DNA of 32,000 nucleotides from an uncultured Syntrophales bacterium (GCA_964541005.1 CAZIPU010000001.1:4493-36492); one strand, 5' to 3'; positions 1-8,642 are shown, numbered from the stretch's first letter. Made by a program: numbers and translations. Notes: generated from the letters alone by a model not told the origin.

Positions 1-925
1 CGTCTTTCAGCATCCGCAGTAGGGGAGCGTCGGTATAACCGACCCGGACGGCGCAGTTGAAATGCATCCCGAGGGGATGCCGGGCCAGTTTCTCGCAGAG
101 TTCGACGATGCGCTTCCGATCCTGCGTGAACAGGTCGTCATAGATGTTGACGTGGCGAATCCCGAACCGCGTCCGTAAATGATGCAGGTGTTCATAGATA
201 TATTCGGCGGAGTTGTAGCGGAACCCCTTCTTGAAGACGGACCGGTCGCAATAGGAACACTGGTACATGCAGCCCCGTGAGGTGATCATCGTCGCCCCCG
301 GCGTGTTGACGTAGCTGAACAGGGGAAGGTGGTAGTGCCGCGGGAAACCCTTCAACCGGTCGTAGGCGGGAAAGGGAAGCGTGTCCAGGTCGGCGATATG
401 GGGACGGGGCAAATTGGCGACGGTCTGAGAGCCGTCGCGCCGTATCAGGCCGGCAATGGTTTCCGGCGGCATCCCCCCGGCCAGTTCCGACAGGGTGATT
501 TCCCCTTCTCCCGCACACAGGAAGTCGAACGCCGGGTACCGGTCCAGGAGCACCGCCCCCATGGCGGACACATGCACACCGCCGCAGACCGTCCGGATGC
601 CCGGATTGACGTCCTTTATTTTTTGGGCCATGTCCGCCGCATCGGGAAACGAGGAGGTCGTGGCCGAAAAACCGACGATCTGAGGCTTCAATTGAAGGAT
701 CGATTTGACCTGCTCGTCGAGATTGAAGGGAACGCCCGGGCCGAGTCCGTCGTAGACAAAAACGTCATGGCCCTGCTGCAGCAGGTAAGCGGCAATGGAG
801 AGGATGCCCTGGGGCACCATGCGGTTGGCGATATCCGTCACGTCCCGGGAACCGGGAAACCAGTTGAACCCCCGGGGTTGAACCAGGACGATACGCTTTC
901 TGTCGTTGGGTGAAACCTTTCCCAT
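1..925 (-). CDS. B12-binding-domain (class B) radical SAM enzyme; 3' end runs off the window
   Basis: Absent from the ORF track because it has no stop inside the window. My reverse-strand translation from ATG 925-923 reads MGKVSPNDRKRIVLVQPRGFNWFPG...QGHDVFVYD...IVGFSATTSSF, a cobalamin-binding-type N-domain. It continues ...ITSRGCMYQCSYCDRSVF (CxxxCxxC, about nt 271-250) and ...NCAVRVGYTDAPLLRMLKD, open down to nt 2. AGGA lies about 8 nt upstream of the ATG. Confidence 0.85.
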   Translation of the reverse strand, partial: MGKVSPNDRKRIVLVQPRGFNWFPGSRDVTDIANRMVPQGILSIAAYLLQQGHDVFVYDGLGPGVPFNLDEQVKSILQLKPQIVGFSATTSSFPDAADMAQKIKDVNPGIRTVCGGVHVSAMGAVLLDRYPAFDFLCAGEGEITLSELAGGMPPETIAGLIRRDGSQTVANLPRPHIADLDTLPFPAYDRLKGFPRHYHLPLFSYVNTPGATMITSRGCMYQCSYCDRSVFKKGFRYNSAEYIYEHLHHLRTRFGIRHVNIYDDLFTQDRKRIVELCEKLARHPLGMHFNCAVRVGYTDAPLLRMLKD

Positions 926-990
926 TCGTTCAATCCTGTGTGCCGGGATCTTTTTTCATCAGGTGTTGCCGGAACCCAAAAGCCGCGCAG

Positions 991-1019
991 AGTATAGAAA
1001 AAGGGCATTCCGGTGTCAA
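991..1019 (-). promoter_or_regulatory. Sigma70-like promoter for the radical SAM gene: TTGACA-N17-TATACT on the minus strand
   Basis: The minus strand reads TTGACA (1019-1014), a 17-nt spacer, then TATACT (996-991), about 65 nt upstream of ATG 925. The -35 sits inside the inverted repeat GGCATT-N8-AATGCC. Confidence 0.45.
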
Positions 1020-1158
1020 TGCCATTCTGGAATCGGGATTGAGGAAGACAGCGTGACGGATTCCCGTCAACAGGCGTGATGAAAAGCGGCGTTTTTCCGG
1101 AAATGATGCCTAATTCCAAGAAATCATCGGCACATCGGCGAGACGGCAACGCAGCAGA

Positions 1159-2466
1159 TCACAATTCCAGCCATTGCCTTACCTCGGCAGGCGTCGCCAA
1201 TTCCCGTCCGCAGGAGGCGGCATGCCTGGCAGCCATTCGGATCCAATCGGCATTACTGGCTTGGACCTGTTTGCCGGGATCAAGGTAAAGGCTGTCTTCA
1301 AGTCCGGTTCGAATGCCGCCCCCCATTTGTGCGGCGAGCAATTGTATTCTGGCATGAAAGCTGCCGATACCCGATGCGGCCCAGGTCGAAAACGGAGGTA
1401 ACTGGGAAACCAGGTAATTGAGGTGATTCGGCAAGGCATTCAAGGTCCCCAGAGATCCCAGAATCAGGTTGAAATAGCACGGCTGTCGGAGATAACCTTT
1501 CGTTATCAGATATTTTGCATAATCGACCATACCGGCTTCAAACACCTCCAATTCCGGTTTGATACCCCTGTCCATCATGCGAGCAGCCAGTTCCCGGATG
1601 ATCCGAGGCGGATTGATGCCGGCCTGCGTGTGGAAATTCATGGATCCCAGGGTCAGGGAAGCCATGTCGGGTTTCAATTCATCCGGCAGATCCAAGACGG
1701 CCGCCCTTTGCTCCAGATCCTGCCAGTCGCGCCCGCTGGTTGTAACACATAGAATGAGTTCGGAATCTTCGTTGCGGATACGGTGGATGATATCGGCGTA
1801 TACCGACGGATCCGGCGTCGGTTTTTCATCGAGATCCCGTGCGTGCAGGTGAATGATGGCGGCGCCGAGACGACCCGCTTCGATTGCTGCTGCGGCAATT
1901 TCAGCAGGCGTGGCGGGAAGATGTGAATTGTCTTTCTTTCTGGGTACCATACCCGTCAACGCGGCATTGATCAATAATTTATCCCGCATGGGACAAGGAA
2001 CCTCAATTCCCGTCAGATCTGCCTCCAGGGTCGTCCATTCCCGGATGTCTTCCCTGCCGAAGGGGGAAATTTTAGGAAGCTTTCCTATTTCCCTGTATCC
2101 GAAATGACGCTTGTACCAATGGATGCTTTCCGGTCTGTCCGCATTGGTGATCAGAGTTGTACACCCAAGGCTGCGCAGAATCTGCATACGCCGGGCCTGC
2201 AGTTGTCGTCCCAGCCCCGTCCGGGTGCAGTCGGGACGTACAGCCAGGAGAGTTGTTTTACCGGTCTCCGGTGAGAGGAACGTATAGCCGGCTGTGCCCA
2301 GCAAAAGGCCATCTTGTTCGGCAACGATGAAGCATTTGTCATCCAGGGGCCCCATTTCCGGCGAGGGAATGTGATGCATATTGTAGGGGCGCATCAGGTC
2401 GATGATGCCGGGAATATCCTCCGGACGGGCAAAACGTATTCTGCAACACTCATGGACTGCCTTCAT
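1159..2466 (-). CDS. Fusion protein: N-terminal GNAT acetyltransferase + C-terminal BKACE/DUF849 (3-keto-5-aminohexanoate cleavage enzyme family)
   Basis: Track ORF 1159..2529. N-terminal part: IRFARPEDIPGIIDLM...LLAVRPDCTRTGLGRQLQ, a GNAT acetyl-CoA loop (R/Q-x-x-G-x-G/A). C-terminal part: LINAALTGMVPRKKDNSHLPATPAEIAAAAIEAGRLGAAIIHLHARD...KPELEVFEAGM...GGGIRTGLEDSLY, the BKACE TIM-barrel signature. I prefer ATG 2466 (MKAVHE, AGAGG about 8 nt upstream) over the track's TTG 2529, which is itself part of a TTGACA hexamer. Confidence 0.8.
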   Translation of the reverse strand: MKAVHECCRIRFARPEDIPGIIDLMRPYNMHHIPSPEMGPLDDKCFIVAEQDGLLLGTAGYTFLSPETGKTTLLAVRPDCTRTGLGRQLQARRMQILRSLGCTTLITNADRPESIHWYKRHFGYREIGKLPKISPFGREDIREWTTLEADLTGIEVPCPMRDKLLINAALTGMVPRKKDNSHLPATPAEIAAAAIEAGRLGAAIIHLHARDLDEKPTPDPSVYADIIHRIRNEDSELILCVTTSGRDWQDLEQRAAVLDLPDELKPDMASLTLGSMNFHTQAGINPPRIIRELAARMMDRGIKPELEVFEAGMVDYAKYLITKGYLRQPCYFNLILGSLGTLNALPNHLNYLVSQLPPFSTWAASGIGSFHARIQLLAAQMGGGIRTGLEDSLYLDPGKQVQASNADWIRMAARHAASCGRELATPAEVRQWLEL

Positions 2467-2636
2467 GAATTTGCCTCTGCACCATGTAAAGTTGTGATTA
2501 TGGCTATTTTTTTTCAAAAAGTTTGTCAAGGAATTTCATTCCTCATTTGGTTGAATTGTCTTCAAGAGCGTAAGGGATGGGATTGTTTTCGCAGAGCAAG
2601 ACATCAACGGCCAGTTTAACCCCTCCACGTATCCCC

Positions 2637-2665
2637 TTGACAATTTTCCTGTTTTGCTGCAAATT
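2637..2665 (+). promoter_or_regulatory. Candidate sigma70-like promoter upstream of the KAS III/ACP pair (TTGACA-N17-CAAATT)
   Basis: TTGACA at 2637-2642, a 17-nt spacer, CAAATT at 2660-2665, about 70 nt upstream of the 2733 start, in the divergent intergenic region. Confidence 0.35.
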
Positions 2666-2732
2666 CCAACGGCTGCCCGGGAGGATCCATACAGGAAGGT
2701 TCCTATCCGGCTAAAAAGTCAGCGGCACCCTT

Positions 2733-3740
2733 ATGGAGGAAATCCGGCCCTTGATGAATGAACGCACAACGATCGTTTCGTCGACAGGAAGTTACCTGCC
2801 GGAAAAGCGGGTCGGCAACGACGATTTGACACAGTTTCCCCGGGAGGCGATCCCTCTGATCGCGGAGAAAACGGGGGTGCATTACCGGCGGGTGGCGTCC
2901 GACGACGAGTGCACGTCCGACCTGGCGATCCGTGCGGCAAAAAAGTGCCTCGAAAAAGGGGGCATCGATCCCATGCAGGTCGAGGGGATTATCCTGGCAA
3001 CCTCTTCCCCCGACCGCATGCAACCGGCAACGGCAACCCGGGTGCAGGATCTTCTCGGGGCCAGGCAGGCTTTCGCCCTGGACATCAATTCGGTCTGTTC
3101 CGGAAGCACCTTCGGCATCGCCCTGGCGGATGGCCTCATCCGGTCGGGCCAGGCCGACCGGATCCTGCTGATCGCATCGGAGGTTTATTCGAGAATTCTG
3201 AATCCGAAGGATTACACAACCTTCCCCTTTTTCGGAGACGGCGCGGGAGCGGTCCTGCTTCGTGCCGGTATCAGAGAGGAAGGAGGAATTCTCCGTTCCT
3301 GCCTGCGGAGCGACGGCGGCGGAAGCGAGATGATCTGTGTTCCCGCCGGAGGGACGCAACTGCCCTTCGGCCGGATGACCCATCCCCGATCGGCGTTCTT
3401 CCGCATGAGGGGTGCCGATGTGTTTTCCTTTGCCGTCGAGAAGGTCCCGGAGATCATCCGGCAACTTCTGGCAGAGGCCGGGGTTTCCATCTCCGCGATC
3501 CGCTGCTTTGTCTGCCACCAGGCCAACGCAAATATCATCTATAAGGTTGCTGAGATACTTGATGTCCCGGTCGAGCGGTTTTTCATGAACCTGTCCGATT
3601 ACGGGAACACGGCCGGGGCCTCCGTGCTGATTGCCCTGGACGAAGCTCTGACGGAAGGAATGATCCGGCAGGGCGACCTGGTGGTGACGGTTGCCTTCGG
3701 GGGGGGGCTTTCCTGGGGGGCAAACCTGATTCAAATATAA
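2733..3740 (+). CDS. 3-oxoacyl-ACP synthase III (KAS III, FabH-like)
   Basis: 335 aa. Cys-His-Asn triad contexts are present: NSVCSGSTFGIALA, VCHQANANII, YGNTAGASV. C-terminal GGGLSWGA. The start could also be the internal MNERTT. Confidence 0.9.
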   Translation: MEEIRPLMNERTTIVSSTGSYLPEKRVGNDDLTQFPREAIPLIAEKTGVHYRRVASDDECTSDLAIRAAKKCLEKGGIDPMQVEGIILATSSPDRMQPATATRVQDLLGARQAFALDINSVCSGSTFGIALADGLIRSGQADRILLIASEVYSRILNPKDYTTFPFFGDGAGAVLLRAGIREEGGILRSCLRSDGGGSEMICVPAGGTQLPFGRMTHPRSAFFRMRGADVFSFAVEKVPEIIRQLLAEAGVSISAIRCFVCHQANANIIYKVAEILDVPVERFFMNLSDYGNTAGASVLIALDEALTEGMIRQGDLVVTVAFGGGLSWGANLIQI

Positions 3741-3754
3741 AATGAGGACGAGAT

Positions 3755-4033
3755 ATGACGGACCTTTGGAATCAACTGAAAGCGGTTCTTCTGGAAGAAT
3801 TCCTGGAGATTGCCGACGGAACGGCGGTAACCGAAAAAACGAAACTGGCCGAAATTCCCAACTGGGACTCCATGGCGGCGGTGAACCTGCAAATTCTGAT
3901 CAACGAGATCTTCCAGGTCGAACTGCCCCTGGACCTCCTGCAGGATGAAGCCACCTTCGAGGAATTGATCGGATTCATCCGGGAGCCGGAAACCATTGCC
4001 GACGCCATGCGGCGCTTCCATGAAAGAAGTTGA
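3755..4033 (+). CDS. Acyl carrier protein (ACP-1)
   Basis: 92 aa, acidic, helical pattern. Phosphopantetheine-attachment-like motif IPNWDSMAAVNL (DS). Sits 14 nt downstream of the KAS III gene. Confidence 0.8.
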   Translation: MTDLWNQLKAVLLEEFLEIADGTAVTEKTKLAEIPNWDSMAAVNLQILINEIFQVELPLDLLQDEATFEELIGFIREPETIADAMRRFHERS

Positions 4034-4101
4034 AGGATTCGGGAGAAGTCATCCGGCTTGTCCATGCCCCGCCGGGTTTCAAGGTTTTCAACAGGAGGAA
4101 G

Positions 4102-4122
4102 GGGGAGGCTTTTGGCCTCCCC
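4102..4122 (+). terminator. GC-rich hairpin downstream of ACP-1 (terminator-like, no U-tract)
   Basis: GGGGAGGC-ttttg-GCCTCCCC, an 8-bp perfect stem about 70 nt after the ACP stop. It is followed by gcggttag rather than a T-run, so it is only a weak intrinsic-terminator candidate. Confidence 0.3.
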
Positions 4123-4631
4123 GCGGTTAGAGAGGAAGGTAGGTTGTTTAACCTGCCACTAAAAAATATTCTATCGGCTCAACATGCCCCTGTTTATTGC
4201 CGAATTATCATCTTCTTGCCCTTATCTAATGCATGTTGAATGCCAATTGCCATGAAACAACACAACATGATGATATAACTATATTTTAATCAAATAAACC
4301 TTTTTTGAAAAGATCAAAAAATGTCGACCGGTCGCGGCAGGAACAGACAATAATCCATTCATAACAATCTGTTACAAACCGAGGTCATTGAGGCGAGATT
4401 CGACAATTTTGTCGAAAAGCGCCTGTCCTTTTTGATTCTTTTTGGGGAAAGATTGAAAGCGCCACGGATTTCGCAAAACCCCGATGTTCTTCCCTTCCCG
4501 GAACCGGAAAATTGCGGAAAGCAGCCGGTCCCTGGCGGAGAATGGGAAAGAGAATCCTGTTATGGTTTCATAATATACGGGAATTACTTGATTTCTTCTT
4601 TCACGGAACGTGATTTTCGGCCTAAAGTATA

Positions 4632-4660
4632 TTGACATCCGCAGCGGCTTTTCCTATACT
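4632..4660 (+). promoter_or_regulatory. Near-consensus sigma70-like promoter (TTGACA-N17-TATACT) for the long operon starting at 4831
   Basis: TTGACA 4632-4637, a 17-nt spacer, TATACT 4655-4660. This implies a 5' leader of about 165 nt before ATG 4831. Confidence 0.5.
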
Positions 4661-4830
4661 GCCGCTCCCTGTCGGGGAAAGCCACCATCTTCATGTCCAG
4701 GCGCGTCGGGTGTGTGCCAGGCCAAGGCTGGAGGGAGAAAAACAGCCGGCCGGTATGGGGTATGGCTGCCCTTAACCCGAAAGGTCGTAATGCATCACAT
4801 AAAGCAGACGGGGGGAGATGAACAGTCGTC

Positions 4831-5550
4831 ATGGAATACAACCGAGCGGCCGTGGTGATTCCGGTCTACAATCATGAAGAAAAAGTGGCTGAGGTCATTA
4901 GGCAGGCGATGTGCCTCCTTCTGCCCATTTACGTGGTCGACGACGGATCCACCGACGGCACTTACGAACGGATCAAGGGCATCCCGGAAATCACCGTCCT
5001 GCGCCATGAGAAAAACCTGGGAAAGGGCGCTGCACTGATGACGGGATTCGCCGCGGCGGCTCCCACGGCGGAATGGGCCATCACCATCGATGCCGACGGC
5101 CAGCATAATCCGGAAGACAGTTGGAACCTGTTCCAAGCGGTTGAGAAGGGGACACGGCCCATCGTGATCGGCTGCCGGCAGGGTATGGATCATCGGCATG
5201 TTCCGTTTGCAAGCCGTTTCGGGCGGGGATTCTCCAATTTCTGGGTGCGGATGTCCGGCGGACCCGTTCTCACGGACAGCCAAAGCGGTTTCCGTCTCTA
5301 TCCCCTGCCCGAGATACTGTACATGCCCGTCGAGTCTCAGCGTTTTCAGTTCGAGGTGGAAATCCTGGCCCGGGCCGGATGGAAGGGCATGCCGGTTCTG
5401 GAGGCCCCGGTCGGCGTTACTTATGCGCCCAAGCAGGAAAGGGTCTCCCATTACCGGGGTTTTGTCGATTTCTTCCGAAATGCCGCCACTTTCAGCCGTC
5501 TGATCATTCTGAGACGGTTTATCCTGCCTTTCACCCGGTTCAGAAATTGA
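4831..5550 (+). CDS. Family 2 glycosyltransferase (GT-A fold)
   Basis: 239 aa. AVVIPVYNHEEKV, VVDDGSTDGT, ITIDADGQHNPED (DxD). No C-terminal TM domain. The stop overlaps the next start (TGATG). Confidence 0.9.
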   Translation: MEYNRAAVVIPVYNHEEKVAEVIRQAMCLLLPIYVVDDGSTDGTYERIKGIPEITVLRHEKNLGKGAALMTGFAAAAPTAEWAITIDADGQHNPEDSWNLFQAVEKGTRPIVIGCRQGMDHRHVPFASRFGRGFSNFWVRMSGGPVLTDSQSGFRLYPLPEILYMPVESQRFQFEVEILARAGWKGMPVLEAPVGVTYAPKQERVSHYRGFVDFFRNAATFSRLIILRRFILPFTRFRN

Positions 5551-8500
5551 TGAGAGCGCATCCGTATCTTTCCCGGTGGATTCTGGCCGGCGTCATCCTC
5601 ATGATCGTCGCGGGGCTTTTTGCCGCCGGTGTTCATCGCCTCAGATTCGACACCGATGTCCTCAATGCCCTTCCCCAGGATGACCCGGTTCTGGTCGACG
5701 GCCGCTATGTTTTTCTCCATCACCCCATTCAGGACCGCATCGTGGTCGATGTCGGCCAGGCCGGAGGGGATGTGGAACGGCTGGTCGGAGCAGCCGGACT
5801 GATCGAACGGCGCATGCGGGAAAGCGGCCTCTTCCGGAAAGTCGGTCTTGAATCCATGGGCCGCCTTTTCCCGGAACTTCTGCGCCACACGGTGGATCAT
5901 CTTCCCGCTCTTTTCGATTCGGACGAGTTGGAAAGGCTGATTGCGCCCTTGCTGGCTCCGGAAAGGGTCAGGCAGGCCCTTGAGGGCCACATTCAATCCT
6001 TCGGCAATCTGGAAGGAATCGGTCAGGCATCCCTCATCGCCGGCGACCCCCTGGGTTTCCGAAATCTTATCCTGGCCCGTCTGTCCAATCTCGCCCCCGC
6101 GAAAGGGGCAACGATCCATAAAGGTCGGCTCCTCTCTGCGGACAGGAAACATCTTCTCATCCTGGCCGAACCCGTCAGTTCCGGAATGGATACCCGTTTT
6201 GCCCTTAAAATCACGACCTTCATGGAAAAAATCGCCCGGGAAGTCAACGCCGTTTACGGTCCGGAAAGCGGTCTTGTCCTGACGCCCGTCGGAGCATACC
6301 GGGCCGCCCTCGACAACGAAACGAATGCCAAGAAAAACGTCCACCGGGCGGTGACTTTTTCCACCGTGGCCATTGCGTTGCTGCTGCTGGTCTGTTTTCC
6401 CCGGCCCCTGATCGGTCTGCTGGCCCTTCTGCCGGCCTTTGCGGGTACGATGACGGCATTTTTCGTCTATTCCCTTTTCCATGCCACCATTTCCCTCATG
6501 GCGGTCGGCTTCGGCGGGGCGATCATCTCCTTTACCGTCGATTACGGCCTGACCTATCTGCTTTTTCTCGACCGTCCTTATGAGACGCGGGGCATGGACG
6601 CCACGAAAGAAGTCTGGAACCTGGGCCTTCTGGCCATGATGACCACGGCCGTCAGTTTCGCCTTCCTGACCTTTTCAGGATTTCCCGCCCTGGTGGAAAT
6701 CGGCCAGTTTGCCGCCCTGGGGGTGCTGTTTACGTATATCTTCGTCCATCTCGTTTTCCCCCTGGTCTTTCCCGTGATACCGCCGGCAAAAAGGCCGCCT
6801 CTGCTCCCGCTTCAGGCTTTCGTCACCCGCCTGGCCTCTTCCGGATCAATGTGGAAAGTCTATGCGGCCGCCGCTCTGGGGCTGTTCATGCTCTTTTTCG
6901 CCCGCCCGGAGTTTCATATCAACCCGGCGGCGATGAATACCGTAACGCCGGAAACGATGCAGGCGGAACAGCTTGTCCGGAATGTCTGGGGCGATATTTT
7001 CAGCAAGGTCTACCTCCTGGTGGAGGGCGAAAATTCCCGGGATCTGCAGCGGAAATGCGATCGTCTGTCCGTGATGCTGGATCGGGAAGTGAAGGCACGG
7101 CGCCTGTCCCAGGTCTTTGTCCCTTCGATGATTTTCCCCGGGGAGGACCGGGCCCGGACAAATCTTGCCGCCTGGGAACAATTCTGGACCCCTCAGCGGC
7201 GGGACGAATTGAAAAGGACCATCGGGACGGCCGCAGCGCCCCTCGGGTTTTCAACCGCGGCCTTCGATCCATTCTGGAAAAGGCTCGGGGAAAAGCATCC
7301 TGCGGACATCGAGATGCCGGAGCGGTTCTCCGACCTGCTGGGTATCTCTACCAACCGGGATCGCTCCCGCCGGTTCTTCGTCGCCACCCTTACCCCCGGC
7401 CCCGCCTACAATGGAGAGGCTTTTTTCCGGAGTTTTTCCGGGATTGCGGGAACACGGGTGTTTGATCCCGATCTCTTCGGCAAAAGGCTCGGTTCGGTCC
7501 TCATGTCGGCCTTCATCCGCATGGCGGCGATTGTAGGGATTGTCTCCATTTTTGTCGCGTTCATTGTTTTTCTCGACTGGAAGCTGACCCTGATCGGCCT
7601 GCTGCCGACCCTGTTCGCCATGATCTGTACCCTGGGGACCCTGAATCTCATGGGAGAACCCCTGGGAATTCCCGTTGTCATGGTTTCCGTCGTCGTCATC
7701 GGGATGGGAACGGACTACGCCCTGTACATCGCCCGCTCCTTCCAGCGGTATTTCCGGGACGACCATCCCTCCATGGGCCTTGTCCGCACGTCCGTGTTCC
7801 TTTCCTTTGCCACGACTTCTCTCGGATTCGGCGTCCTGGCCCTGTCGGATAACGCCCTGCTGAAAAACGCGGGTCTCGGTCTCGCCCTGGGAATCGGTTA
7901 TTCCTTCCTGGGGGCCGTGATGATTGCACCGCCGCTTCTAAAACGGGTTTTCGTTCCCGTCACCTTACCCGAAGAGAAAGTAGTCCCGGGATCGGAAAGG
8001 CACTTTGCACGGGTTCTTGACCGTTACCGCCATATGGAGGCCTATCCCCGGCTTTTCGCACGTTTCAAAATCCTCATCGATCCCATGTTTCCTCGCCTGG
8101 CGGATTTCCTGCAGTCGCCGAAAACGATCATCGATATCGGAACGGGCTTCGGTATTCCCGCAACATGGCTGCTGGAATTGCACCCTCAAGCCAGGCTCTA
8201 CGGAATCGAACCGAACCGGAAGCGGGTTGAAGTGGCCTCCAGGGTGATCGGGACGCGCGGCGATGTGCAGGTGGGATGCGCCCCTGACATACCCGCAATC
8301 CCGGGACAGGCCGACACGGCGCTCCTGATCGATATGACTCATATGATTGCGGACGACGAATTGCGACTTACCCTGAAGCGGATCCGCGAGAAACTGACAT
8401 CCGACGGGACGGTCATCATCCGGGCAACGGTTCACAGGGAGCACACCTCCCCCTGGAAACGGCGGATCGAAGCAATGAAAAACAGGGCGATGAAATGCCT

Positions 8501-8642
8501 GTCCCGCTTTCGGACGGAAAAAGAGATCTGTGGCATGCTGTCGGTATCCGGTTTTGACGTGATTCAAACGGAGCCGAGCACCCCGGGTCATGAGGAGGTG
8601 TGGTTTGTCGCACGGGTCAGAGAAACAAATAAGGCGGGATAG
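5550..8642 (+). CDS. MMPL/RND-superfamily lipid exporter (APE ApeM-like) fused to a C-terminal class I SAM-dependent methyltransferase
   Basis: Track ORF 5379..8642. I place the start at ATG 5550 (MRAHPYLSRWILAGVILMIV...), in frame and overlapping the GT2 stop. There are two 5-6-helix hydrophobic bundles (about aa 330-480 and 700-860 of the track ORF) with large loops before each. The tail has IIDIGTGFGIPATWLL (motif I GxGxG), LYGIEPN and TALLIDMTH. Confidence 0.8.
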   Translation: MRAHPYLSRWILAGVILMIVAGLFAAGVHRLRFDTDVLNALPQDDPVLVDGRYVFLHHPIQDRIVVDVGQAGGDVERLVGAAGLIERRMRESGLFRKVGLESMGRLFPELLRHTVDHLPALFDSDELERLIAPLLAPERVRQALEGHIQSFGNLEGIGQASLIAGDPLGFRNLILARLSNLAPAKGATIHKGRLLSADRKHLLILAEPVSSGMDTRFALKITTFMEKIAREVNAVYGPESGLVLTPVGAYRAALDNETNAKKNVHRAVTFSTVAIALLLLVCFPRPLIGLLALLPAFAGTMTAFFVYSLFHATISLMAVGFGGAIISFTVDYGLTYLLFLDRPYETRGMDATKEVWNLGLLAMMTTAVSFAFLTFSGFPALVEIGQFAALGVLFTYIFVHLVFPLVFPVIPPAKRPPLLPLQAFVTRLASSGSMWKVYAAAALGLFMLFFARPEFHINPAAMNTVTPETMQAEQLVRNVWGDIFSKVYLLVEGENSRDLQRKCDRLSVMLDREVKARRLSQVFVPSMIFPGEDRARTNLAAWEQFWTPQRRDELKRTIGTAAAPLGFSTAAFDPFWKRLGEKHPADIEMPERFSDLLGISTNRDRSRRFFVATLTPGPAYNGEAFFRSFSGIAGTRVFDPDLFGKRLGSVLMSAFIRMAAIVGIVSIFVAFIVFLDWKLTLIGLLPTLFAMICTLGTLNLMGEPLGIPVVMVSVVVIGMGTDYALYIARSFQRYFRDDHPSMGLVRTSVFLSFATTSLGFGVLALSDNALLKNAGLGLALGIGYSFLGAVMIAPPLLKRVFVPVTLPEEKVVPGSERHFARVLDRYRHMEAYPRLFARFKILIDPMFPRLADFLQSPKTIIDIGTGFGIPATWLLELHPQARLYGIEPNRKRVEVASRVIGTRGDVQVGCAPDIPAIPGQADTALLIDMTHMIADDELRLTLKRIREKLTSDGTVIIRATVHREHTSPWKRRIEAMKNRAMKCLSRFRTEKEICGMLSVSGFDVIQTEPSTPGHEEVWFVARVRETNKAG

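Noticed and set aside
329-913. 194-aa + strand ORF (and the 75-aa ORF at 456..683)
   Set aside because: It lies antisense to the well-supported radical SAM gene (1..925, minus). The translation is Gly/Arg/Pro-rich and low-complexity, typical of the wrong strand of a high-GC gene, and has no motif.
838-1149. 103-aa minus-strand ORF spanning the 926-1158 intergenic region
   Set aside because: It overlaps the radical SAM gene's start in another frame and covers the predicted promoter and palindromes. It has no Shine-Dalgarno, and its composition is unlike its neighbours.
2703-3734. 343-aa minus-strand ORF
   Set aside because: It is a mirror ORF antisense to the FabH-like gene, whose catalytic motifs are unambiguous. 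The product is an Arg/Gly/Pro-rich artefact.
4372-4638. 88-aa minus-strand ORF in the AT-rich gap (MSIYFRPKITFRERRNQ...)
   Set aside because: It has no Shine-Dalgarno or promoter that I can see. Its ATG lies inside the -35 hexamer of the + strand promoter, and I recognise no family. It could be a gene remnant, so I kept it only as a note within the intergenic-region finding.
5379-5549. N-terminal extensions given by the ORF track, here and at 12349-12510, 13767-13988, 20425-20502, 22347-22415 and 2467-2529
   Set aside because: The extensions overlap the preceding genes and encode low-complexity sequence. They precede much better starts that give canonical family N-termini and classic overlapping stop/start junctions.
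5451-6482. 343-aa minus-strand ORF
   Set aside because: It is antisense to the MMPL exporter gene, has no recognisable motif, and shows typical high-GC shadow ORF composition.
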